DNA from: Catenulispora sp. GAS73
GTDB lineage: Bacteria; Actinomycetota; Actinomycetes; Streptomycetales; Catenulisporaceae
Assembly (NCBI RefSeq): GCF_041262085.1
Contig: NZ_JBGCCM010000014.1
Span: 1,120-25,119 of the forward strand
Direction: 5' to 3'
Length of the DNA stretch: 24,000 nucleotides
The position numbers and the translations under genes are program-made. Shown in pieces: positions 14,287-24,000 of the stretch (its first letter is position 1; the number at the start of each line of letters is the position of its first letter). The notes beneath the pieces are model-generated. The model had not been told where the DNA came from. It saw only the letters and a list, made by a program, of their open reading frames with translations, and made no database searches.

Positions 14287-15492
14287 TCAGCCCAGCGCCG
14301 CCCGCAAAGCCCCCGCCGCATCCGCTGGCGTCACCTGCTCCACCGCCACCGCGTCGCACCCGACCCACCCCGCGGCCTCCCGCAGCGCGTCGGCCATCGG
14401 CTGCGCCGCCCCGGCCGTGTCCAGCGAGACCTTCCGCGCGACCAGCGTCTTGCCTTCGCGCTTGGGGTCCACGCGGCCGAGGAGCTTGCCGCCGGCCAGC
14501 AGTGGCATCGCGAAATAGCCGTGCACCCGCTTCGCGGCCGGTGTGTAGGCCTCGATCCGGTGCACCATGCCGAAGACGCGCTCCATCCGGTCGCGTTCCC
14601 AGATCAGCGAGTCGAAGGGGGACAGCAGGGTCGTGCGGTGCCTGCCGCGCGGGCCGCCGGCGGCCAGCAGGTCCAGCGCCGCGGGGTCGGCCCAGGCCGG
14701 CTGGATCCAGCCGCGCACGCTCACCGGCACCAGGCCGGTCTGGTCCATCAGGGGCCTGGCGTCAGGGATCTTCAAGCGGTAGTAATCCGCGATATCGCCT
14801 ATCGTGCCGACGCCAAGTCGCCGCCCGGCCTGCGCCAGCAGCTGGACGTGCGACTCCTCGCGCGTCGGTTCCGGGGCGTCCAAGACAGCCTTCGGCAGCG
14901 CCCGCTCGGGCAGGTCGTAGACCCGCCGCCAGCCGCGCCGTTCCACGCACACCACGTCCCCGGTCGCCAGCATCTTCTCGACCGCGACCTTGGCTTCCGA
15001 CCAGTCCCACCACTCCGCGCTCTTGCGCGCGCCGCCGAAGTCCGAGGTCATACACGGCCCCTCGTCCCGCAGCTTGCCCAGCACCAGCGCCTCGGCCTCG
15101 CCGGAGGTCGGCAGGCCCCAGCCGCCGCTGGCCCGGTCGCGGTAGGCCGCGCGGCGGTAGGCGAAAGTCGGCCACTGCTCGACCGGCAGGATGCAGGCCG
15201 CGTGCGCCCAGTACTCGAAGGTCGAGGCCCCGTGCGGCTCGTGGTTCCAGTACGCCTTCTCGATTCCGTCGCGCCCGATCGCGCCGAGCCGCGCGTACGG
15301 CACCAGCTCGTGCGAGCGTGCCAGCACGCTGATGGTGTCCAGCTGCACCGCCCCGAGGTCGCGCAGCACACCCGCCGCGCCGGCCCGCCGGTCCGGCACG
15401 CCGATCAGCCCTTGCGCGTGCAGGGCAAGGCGGCGGGCCTCGGCGGCGGACAGTTCGGTGCGCGGTGCGGGTGCGGATGTCACATCCGTCAC
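14287..15492 (-). CDS. Winged-helix DNA-binding protein, YcaQ/AlkZ-like (DNA interstrand-crosslink glycosylase family)
   Basis: This is the 3' two-thirds of track ORF 14287..16035. The product ...LSAAEARRLALHAQGL...VLRDLGAVQLDTISVLARSHELVPYARLG...FEYWAHAACILPVEQWP...WWDWSEAKVAVEKMLATGDVVCVERRGWRRVYDLPERALP...LLSPFDSLIWERDRMERVFG..HRIEAYTPAAKRVHGYFAMPLL matches the YcaQ-family pattern. The start is ambiguous among in-frame GTGs at 15507, 15492 and 15483. The ORF upstream of these overlaps the GNAT gene out of frame. Confidence 0.8.
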   Translation of the reverse strand: MTDVTSAPAPRTELSAAEARRLALHAQGLIGVPDRRAGAAGVLRDLGAVQLDTISVLARSHELVPYARLGAIGRDGIEKAYWNHEPHGASTFEYWAHAACILPVEQWPTFAYRRAAYRDRASGGWGLPTSGEAEALVLGKLRDEGPCMTSDFGGARKSAEWWDWSEAKVAVEKMLATGDVVCVERRGWRRVYDLPERALPKAVLDAPEPTREESHVQLLAQAGRRLGVGTIGDIADYYRLKIPDARPLMDQTGLVPVSVRGWIQPAWADPAALDLLAAGGPRGRHRTTLLSPFDSLIWERDRMERVFGMVHRIEAYTPAAKRVHGYFAMPLLAGGKLLGRVDPKREGKTLVARKVSLDTAGAAQPMADALREAAGWVGCDAVAVEQVTPADAAGALRAALG

Positions 15493-15521
15493 GCTAGCCG
15501 TCGGCACCGACAGCTTTTCCG

Positions 15522-16151
15522 CTACCGCAGCTCTCCGGGCAGGATGTCGGCCAGCCACATGTCCCGCACCGCCCCGTTGTGCGTGTGCGAGGAGCGCTGC
15601 CGTCCGACCATCGTGAAGCCGACCTTCTCGATCACCCTGCGTGAGGGCGTGTTGCCGTCGAAGGCCTGCCAGACGACACGCCCGAGCCCCACGTCCTCGA
15701 ACGCCCAGCGCACGACCTCCCGAACGGCCTCCGTGATGTACCCGCGCCCGCGCGTGTCCGGATTGGCCCAGTACCCGACCTCCGCCGTCCGCACCCCGCG
15801 CCCCGCGGCCAACGTGGTGATCCCGGCCAGCCCGACCGATCCGGCGATCTGCCCGGTGTCCTTCACGAACGCCCCGAACGTCGCCTCGTCCCCGGATCGG
15901 AACCCTTTCGGGGCGTGTTCCCGCACGAACCACTCCGCGTCTTTCATCCGATACGGCGACGGTACGGTGGTCCACCGCTGGACTTCGGGATCCTGGCAGA
16001 TCGCGAAGATCGCCGGGATGTCGTCCTCGCGCCACGGCCGCAACACCAGCCGCCGGGTCACCAAAGGGCCCTGGGGCAGCGGCGGAGCGCCCAGCAACCG
16101 GTCCGGCACGGGAACCGGTTCGAGGCGCTCGTGCGTTTGCCGTATGTCCAT
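15522..16151 (-). CDS. GNAT-family N-acetyltransferase (RimJ/RimL-like)
   Basis: This is the tail of track ORF 15522..18953, trimmed to ATG 16151..16149 (MDIRQTHERLEP...) with GGTGGAG just upstream. RRLVLRPWREDDIPAIFAI...GYWANPDTRGRGYITEAVREVVRWAFEDVGLGRVVWQAFDGNTPSRRVIEKVGF is the acetyl-CoA-binding GNAT core. Length 209 aa. The rest of that huge ORF is antisense to secA. Confidence 0.88.
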   Translation of the reverse strand: MDIRQTHERLEPVPVPDRLLGAPPLPQGPLVTRRLVLRPWREDDIPAIFAICQDPEVQRWTTVPSPYRMKDAEWFVREHAPKGFRSGDEATFGAFVKDTGQIAGSVGLAGITTLAAGRGVRTAEVGYWANPDTRGRGYITEAVREVVRWAFEDVGLGRVVWQAFDGNTPSRRVIEKVGFTMVGRQRSSHTHNGAVRDMWLADILPGELR

Positions 16152-16310
16152 CGCTCCACCGTAGGCGAGCCGGATCGGCGGTCTCCAGGGAATATGCCGA
16201 TGATCATTCCGCCGCGCTCTTCCCTTGGAGCGCGGGCCGTCGCATAACATGTTGGAAAAGGCGGGGCATACGCCTGCCTGCCCGAGCCCGTAATCGAGGA
16301 GTTGTCTGCC

Positions 16311-19109
<2,799 letters not shown>

Positions 19110-19127
19110 GGTAATAGGGCTGGGCCG

Positions 19128-19159
19128 AACGGCTGACTTCCTTGGGGAAGTCAGCCGTT
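19128..19159 (+). terminator. Intrinsic-terminator-like hairpin downstream of secA
   Basis: Perfect 14-bp stem, AACGGCTGACTTCC (19128-19141) paired with GGAAGTCAGCCGTT (19146-19159), with loop TTGG. It begins 19 nt after the secA TGA, and the right arm ends in GTTT. Confidence 0.75.
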
Positions 19160-19231
19160 TCGCATGCCCCTGTGATCTGCTGGAGCCTCATTTCCCGGGT
19201 ACAGGGCCGGGCAGAGGGGAGGCGGTCTGAC

Positions 19232-19984
19232 GTGACGCCGGTGCGGGTCGGGGTCGGAACACGGTGGCGTCGCGATAACAGGCCAGACTTTCCGGGCATC
19301 GCGGTGTGGGTGGACGCGGTGGCCGAGGTGGAGATCGACGCCGAGGCTTTCGGGTTCGGGTTCGGCGAGGGGGCTGTCCGTCGCGAGGCGGTCTCGGAGG
19401 AGCCAGAGGACTGCGATCCCGTGCCGTGGGCGGTGGACGCCTGGTCGACGGACTATGGCAAGGTCTGGCGGCCACTCGCAGGGAGCGGACGCGAGCCGCG
19501 TCCGGGGCTGCTGTTGTCGGTGGTGCGGGCAGGTGTGGTGGTGGCTTGTCCGACCCCGCTGCCGGATCCGCCGACCGGCGCGTTGGCGCGTGCGCTGGCG
19601 CGAGTTGAGCGTCCCGAGCGTCCCGAGCGGCGTCCCGAGGTGCTGGCAGTGGATGTCGAGCCACCGCCACCGCCTCGGCGCATGCCGTCGCAGAAGGCGT
19701 ACACCGAAGTCAGGGCCCTGGTGGGCATGGTGGTCGAGGTCTTGGTCGGCCGCCGCACCGCCACTCACGCGGCCCGCTGGACCGATGCCGAAGTCCGCGG
19801 CAAGCTCCGCACTCCCCGCTACGCCCGCACCACCACGCTCAAATCAGTCCGGCTCTCCGAGAGCGGCGCCGGCGTCGAAGCACTCGCGCTTCTTCGCGAC
19901 GGCGCACGCACACGTGCGGTGGCGCTGCGCTTCGACCGCGATGAAGACTCTCGCTGGCGCTGCACCGCGCTTCAAACAGGCTGA
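19232..19984 (+). CDS. Rv3235-family protein (conserved actinobacterial hypothetical downstream of secA)
   Basis: ORF 19142..19984 trimmed, because its 5' end contains the secA terminator hairpin. The in-frame GTG 19232 has GGGGAGG 9 nt upstream. The C-terminal half, AYTEVRALVGMVVEVLVGRRTATHAARWTDAEVRGKL...LKSVRLSESGAGVEALALLRDGARTRAVALRFDRDEDSRWRCTALQ, fits the Rv3235-family pattern. The N-terminal half is low-complexity, so the start is uncertain. Confidence 0.6.
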   Translation: MTPVRVGVGTRWRRDNRPDFPGIAVWVDAVAEVEIDAEAFGFGFGEGAVRREAVSEEPEDCDPVPWAVDAWSTDYGKVWRPLAGSGREPRPGLLLSVVRAGVVVACPTPLPDPPTGALARALARVERPERPERRPEVLAVDVEPPPPPRRMPSQKAYTEVRALVGMVVEVLVGRRTATHAARWTDAEVRGKLRTPRYARTTTLKSVRLSESGAGVEALALLRDGARTRAVALRFDRDEDSRWRCTALQTG

Positions 19985-20020
19985 CATCTAGCAGCAGCCT
20001 TAGCTGGTTGGTCTGGTGCC

Positions 20021-21835
20021 CTACCCGACATGCCGCCGCACCGGCCCCCCGACAGCATCCTCATCCCCGATGCCATCCTCCCGCACGCCGTCCCCACTCT
20101 CCGTCGCCGGCGTTCCATGCCCCCGCGCGAGCTTCTCCGCCGACGCCACCCGCCGCCGGTCCAGCGGCAGTGAGAACTCCATCGCCAGCGCCGCGGCGGC
20201 CAGCCAGCCGACCTCGCCCCAGGAGCGGAACACCACCGAGCGCGACTGCCAGCCGGGGCGGAACTTGGCGTTGAAGCGGTACAGGCTCTCCAGCATGATC
20301 CAGGGGTCCAGCAGGTGGATCGCGTGGTACGCCGCGCTCTGCAGCGGCGTGCGGCGGCTCCCCGCGTCCATGATCGGGCGGAAGGCCGCGAAGTTCAGTG
20401 AGATCTCGTCGATCCCGCGCTCGCGGGCCCAGGCCACCAGGTCCACGATCAGCCGCTCGTTCACGCCGTTCGGGCTCTGCGGGTCGCGCGGCATCACGTC
20501 CAGCGACAGCGCCGTGGGGCCGGCGGCCCGGTCGGCGCCGACCGGGTGGTAGCGCTGGAAGCCGACCGCGCGCCCGTCGGCGCCGTACGCCACGATCAGC
20601 AGCGCGTCCGGGTGCCGGGCCGAGGTGATGGCGTCCAGGTTCATCGCGAAACCGTGCTCGGCGTGCCCCTTCAGCCAGCGCTGGTGGATGCCGAGCAGCT
20701 GGTCGGCCTCCTCCCCGTCGAGCGCCGTCTCCCGCAGCACGCGCGTGGTGATCCCGGCCTTGTGCGTCCGGCGCACCGCCTGCCGCACGTTCCGGATCGA
20801 CCGCCCCTCCAGCGAGAACCCGGCCACGTCCAGCATGACCTCGTCCCCGATCCCGATGGCGCGCCGCACGCCGTGCGCCTGCCACAGGGGCAGCAGTTCC
20901 TCGCGTCCGCCCACCACCGCGGGCCGCCATCCCCGGCGCCGGCACAGTGCCAGGAACTCGACGACAGCCGCCTCCCGCGCGTCCGCCGCGCCGAACGGAT
21001 CGCCGCCCACGACGGCGGTGCCCAGGAACACCCGGTACCCGATCGCGGCCCGGCCGTCCGGGGAGAACACGTAGGACTTGTCATGGCGCAGCGCGAACGG
21101 CGCCAGCGTGTCGGAGTCCGGATGCTGCACCAGGCGCCGCACCCGGTCGCGCTCGGCGTCCGTCCCCGGAAGCGGAGCCCGGGCCGGCGCCAGCAGGCAC
21201 GTCAGCACCAGCAGCAGCGTCACCCCGCCGAGCAGCGACAGCCCGTGCAGGAACCACGACCGCCCCTCGATCGTCATCGGCCCGGAGTTCGCCGTCAACC
21301 CGTCGAACAGCTCGCGCCCCAGCCCGACCGGGGTGAGTGAGGAGCTCAGCCGGCCCCGCTGTAGGAAGATCCCGCCGCCGCCGACCACGACCGCGACGAT
21401 GCCGAGCCCGAGAAGGATGTGAAGCGCTGTACGCAGCCGCGCGGTATCGGGCACTGCGGTGAACCGATGCCGTGCTCCCCATAGAGCCCACGCGAAGGCC
21501 GCCATCGGCAGCAGCCGCCACGGCTGGTCCCAGGTGATCAGCGACATCGCCGTCGACCACACCACTGCGGCAGAAGTCAGATAAAGCGCCATGAGACGCC
21601 GCACGTATAGGCCGCGTCCCAAGAGTAGGAGTGCCAGGCCTATGTGCACGGCATGGCCGCCGTTGGGTACCGCACCGACGATCACGATGACGGTTCTGGT
21701 GAGCCATGACGGTGGGCTGGAAGCCGCCGCGTACCCGAACAGCGTCGCCGCTGCGGCGAGGACGAGTGCGGCGAAGGGCCACACCGTCAGCCGATCCTCA
21801 GGGACCGACGTCTCACTTCCATCCCGGTCAGCCAT
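20021..21835 (-). CDS. MprF-like membrane protein with C-terminal phosphatidylglycerol lysyltransferase (DUF2156) domain
   Basis: ORF 20021..21856, with the start moved to ATG 21835..21833 (MADRDGS...), which has GGGAGG 8 nt upstream. The N-terminal ~230 aa contain about 6 TM helices. The C-terminal region, ...DTLAPFALRHDKSYVFSPDGRAAIGYRV..GTAVVGGDPFG...WRPAVVG...EGRSIRNVRQAVRRTHKAGIT...SLDVMPRDPQSPNGVNERLIVDLVAWARERGIDEISLNFAAFR...LYRFNAKFRPGWQSR, is typical of aminoacyl-PG synthase domains. Confidence 0.82.
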   Translation of the reverse strand: MADRDGSETSVPEDRLTVWPFAALVLAAAATLFGYAAASSPPSWLTRTVIVIVGAVPNGGHAVHIGLALLLLGRGLYVRRLMALYLTSAAVVWSTAMSLITWDQPWRLLPMAAFAWALWGARHRFTAVPDTARLRTALHILLGLGIVAVVVGGGGIFLQRGRLSSSLTPVGLGRELFDGLTANSGPMTIEGRSWFLHGLSLLGGVTLLLVLTCLLAPARAPLPGTDAERDRVRRLVQHPDSDTLAPFALRHDKSYVFSPDGRAAIGYRVFLGTAVVGGDPFGAADAREAAVVEFLALCRRRGWRPAVVGGREELLPLWQAHGVRRAIGIGDEVMLDVAGFSLEGRSIRNVRQAVRRTHKAGITTRVLRETALDGEEADQLLGIHQRWLKGHAEHGFAMNLDAITSARHPDALLIVAYGADGRAVGFQRYHPVGADRAAGPTALSLDVMPRDPQSPNGVNERLIVDLVAWARERGIDEISLNFAAFRPIMDAGSRRTPLQSAAYHAIHLLDPWIMLESLYRFNAKFRPGWQSRSVVFRSWGEVGWLAAAALAMEFSLPLDRRRVASAEKLARGHGTPATESGDGVREDGIGDEDAVGGPVRRHVG

Positions 21836-22002
21836 GGGCACTACCTCCCGCGACACACGAACATCCCCCGCGTGTCACGTTATTCCCGTTAGTAACCCCT
21901 GTGTATGCGACTTTCGGCGCCTCTATTAGCGGGTCCCGTGCCGCCTGCACCGTTACAGTCGAGGGAACGGATCACCGGCTCACCGGCGACGGGAGAGAAG
22001 CG

Positions 22003-22998
22003 ATGGCTTCCACGGCAGTGCGGCGCGGCCTGGTCCTGGGCGGCGGGGGCATGCTCGGCGCGGCCTGGATGGTCGGGTCGCTGACGGTGCTCAGCGAGGC
22101 GATCGACTGGGATCCGCGCGAGGCCGAGATGATCGTCGGGACGTCCGCCGGCGCCGTCATGGCCGCACTGATCGGCGCCGGCGCCAGCCCCGAGGACCTG
22201 CACGAGCACCAGCTCACCGGCCGGATCGACCAGGGCCCGCTCAGCGGTGTGGAGTTCGACTACGCCACCGCGGCCGGCGGCGCGCATCCGGAGCGTCCCA
22301 AGCTGCGCCTGGGCTCCGGCCCTCTGCTGGCCCGCACCGCGCGCCACCCCCGCTCCGTGCCCCCGACCGCGGTCATGGCCGCCGCGCTGCCGCCCGGCCG
22401 GGGCTCCCTCGGCGGCGTCGGCGACCTCGTCGAGGCGCTGCCCCGGACCGCCGACGGCTGGTCGCCGCACAAGGCGTTGCGGGTCGTCGCGCTGGACTTC
22501 ACCACCGGCGAGCGCGTGACCTTCGGCAGCCCCCGGGCGCCGCACACCACGCTGGCCGAGGCCGTGACCGCCTCCTGCGCGATCCCGGGCTGGTTCGCCC
22601 CGATCATCATCGACGGGCGTCGCTACGTGGACGGCGGCATGTGGTCCGCGACCAACGTGGACGTGGCAGCGAAGCAGAGCTTCCAGGAGATCGGCGAGGC
22701 GCCGCTCGACGAGCTCTATGTCCTGGCGCCGATGGCGGTGCGCGGCTTCAACGGCCCGCCGCACAGCGTCATGGAGCGTGTGGCGCGCCGCTATAGAAGG
22801 GCCGTGACACGGCGGATGCTGGTGGAGGCGCAGAAGGTCCGCGCGGACGGCACCAAGGTCATCGTCTTCTGCCCGACCGCGGACGACTTCGAGGCCATCG
22901 GCCTGAACGTGATGGACGGCGACCGCCGCCCGCAGGTCCTGGAGACCGCGATGCGCACCACCCGCGAGCAGATCGACGCCCAGCGCACCCTCCCGTAG
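22003..22998 (+). CDS. Patatin-like phospholipase family protein
   Basis: ORF 21706..22998 trimmed to ATG 22003 with GGGAGAGAAG immediately upstream. It has an oxyanion-hole motif (LVLGGGGMLGAAW), the nucleophile-elbow GTSAG (GxSxG) and a later catalytic Asp context (YVDGGM, the DGG motif). Length 331 aa. Confidence 0.88.
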   Translation: MASTAVRRGLVLGGGGMLGAAWMVGSLTVLSEAIDWDPREAEMIVGTSAGAVMAALIGAGASPEDLHEHQLTGRIDQGPLSGVEFDYATAAGGAHPERPKLRLGSGPLLARTARHPRSVPPTAVMAAALPPGRGSLGGVGDLVEALPRTADGWSPHKALRVVALDFTTGERVTFGSPRAPHTTLAEAVTASCAIPGWFAPIIIDGRRYVDGGMWSATNVDVAAKQSFQEIGEAPLDELYVLAPMAVRGFNGPPHSVMERVARRYRRAVTRRMLVEAQKVRADGTKVIVFCPTADDFEAIGLNVMDGDRRPQVLETAMRTTREQIDAQRTLP

Positions 22999-23063
22999 AA
23001 CTTCGCTATAGCGCTCCACGGCGCGGCGCACTCCACCGCACGGCAGGAGGGGATAATGGCGCA

Positions 23064-23558
23064 ATGCGCGTCTACCTTCCCGCGACCCTGTCAGTGCTCG
23101 CCGAGCTCCACAAGACGGGTCGTGTCACCCCCGCGCCGCTGACGGCGTACGCGGTCACCCCCGCGCTGCGCGAGTGGTACACCGAAGGGGACAGCGAGGA
23201 GTTGGAGTACGCTGCCCTGACCGACGCCGCGCGCGCCTCCCTGCGCCTGCTGGTCGAGGCCCCGGAGGCCCCCCGCCGCCGCGTGGTGGTCGCCGCCGAA
23301 GTCCCCGACGCGCACGCCCAGCCGGTCCTGGACGGCGCCGAACCCGGCCTGGTCCGCGTCAACACCGAGATCCCCCTGTCCTGGGTGGCATCCCTCCACG
23401 TCGACGACCCCGGCGTCATCGACGAGGTGGCCCTGGCCGTCGTGCTCCTCGGCGCCGCCGAAGCCGGCGACGAGGACGCCTCGTTCACGGTGGACGGCAT
23501 CGACGACCACGAGCTGCTGTGGTACGCCACCCAGGAGCTCCCGGACCTGCTCGGCTAG
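23064..23558 (+). CDS. Conserved actinobacterial hypothetical protein (DUF6912-like)
   Basis: ORF 23064..23558 (164 aa) with AGGAGGGG at 23045-23052. MRVYLPATLSVLAELHKTG...AYAVTPALREWYTEGDSEELEYAALTDAARASLRLL...DDHELLWYATQELPDLL matches a widely conserved acidic actinobacterial protein of unknown function. Confidence 0.75.
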   Translation: MRVYLPATLSVLAELHKTGRVTPAPLTAYAVTPALREWYTEGDSEELEYAALTDAARASLRLLVEAPEAPRRRVVVAAEVPDAHAQPVLDGAEPGLVRVNTEIPLSWVASLHVDDPGVIDEVALAVVLLGAAEAGDEDASFTVDGIDDHELLWYATQELPDLLG

Positions 23559-23643
23559 GCCGGGGGGTCGTTAACAAAAGCGTCACCCACAGGCACCAAA
23601 ACCTCTTGCCGCCCGCCGATAGCCTGTCCAGGTGATCGTGCCG

Positions 23644-24000
23644 ATGAATCGTGAGCCGCTGCACCTCGTCTGGGACTGGAACGGCACCGTCCTGAACGAC
23701 TTCGAGATCATCCTGCGCTCCACGAACGACTCGTTCAGCGACCATGGGCTGCCGCCGATAACGGCCGATCAGTACCGCACGCAGATCAAGATGCCGATCC
23801 GCTCCTTCTACGCCGACATCCTCGGCCATGAGCCCGAGGACGAGGAGTGGGAGGCGCTGGACGCGACCTTCCACAAGTACTACGTCGCCTACGAGCGGGA
23901 GGCGCGGCTCTCCGACGGCCTGCCCGACCTGTTCCGGGAGTGGTCCGGGCGCGGGCATTCGCAGTCGCTGCTGTCGATGTACCACGACGACAAGCTGGTC
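23644..24000 (+). CDS. HAD-superfamily hydrolase (partial, continues beyond window end)
   Basis: Hand translation from ATG 23644, with AGGTGA 8 nt upstream. GTG 23632 is an in-frame alternative. The product is MNREPLHLVWDWNGTVLNDFEIILRSTNDSFSDHGLPPITADQYRTQIKMPIRSFYADILG...SQSLLSMYHDDKLV, with HAD motif I (hhhhDxxGT) at the N-terminus. It is absent from the ORF track because there is no stop within the window. Confidence 0.75.
   Translation, partial: MNREPLHLVWDWNGTVLNDFEIILRSTNDSFSDHGLPPITADQYRTQIKMPIRSFYADILGHEPEDEEWEALDATFHKYYVAYEREARLSDGLPDLFREWSGRGHSQSLLSMYHDDKLV

Noticed and set aside
19607-19639. 9-bp microsatellite GAGCGTCCC x2 plus GAGCGGCGTCCC (peptide ERPERPERRPE) inside the Rv3235-family gene
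   Set aside because: It is an in-frame short slippage repeat within a low-complexity N-terminal region, with no evidence of function beyond possible length polymorphism.
23004-23013. 10-bp palindrome CGCTATAGCG just after the patatin stop codon. Similar short palindromes are CGCGATCGCG at 13843-13852 and AACATGTT at 16247-16254.
   Set aside because: They are too short, with no flanking stem extension or U-tract, and are expected by chance in intergenic DNA. I do not call them terminators or operators.

Overview
High-GC (about 70%) actinobacterial chromosomal core region with Streptomyces-type synteny: a minus-strand MoxR/DUF58 operon is divergent from mtrA-mtrB-lpqB. This is followed by a comF-like gene, hpf, an orphan NarL/LuxR response regulator, an unknown 275-aa protein, convergent GNAT and YcaQ/AlkZ-like genes, and secA. 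After secA come an Rv3235-family gene, a divergent MprF-like/patatin pair, a DUF6912-like gene and a truncated HAD hydrolase. I support 20 CDS. Many starts were re-derived by hand, because high GC inflates the six-frame ORFs into long upstream extensions and antisense shadow ORFs. By eye I found no rRNA, tRNA, CRISPR array, transposase, integrase or phage genes. I see no convincing gene-level evidence for a new multi-gene system; this looks like conserved housekeeping and envelope-regulation context. The unexplained signals are mostly non-coding: (1) a degenerate ~72-bp tandem array (5 units plus a partial sixth) in the 457-bp convergent gap at 13830-14286; (2) a perfect 18-bp tandem duplication in an AT-rich patch of the unusually long 544-bp comF-hpf spacer, which also holds hairpins and a mini-ORF; (3) a GAGTCACG direct repeat at the lpqB stop codon that resembles mycobacterial MtrA boxes; (4) an apparently leaderless promoter for the unknown protein next to the orphan regulator; (5) a 252-bp lower-GC spacer interrupting the otherwise tightly coupled MoxR operon. 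All family assignments come from motif recognition by eye, not from database searches.
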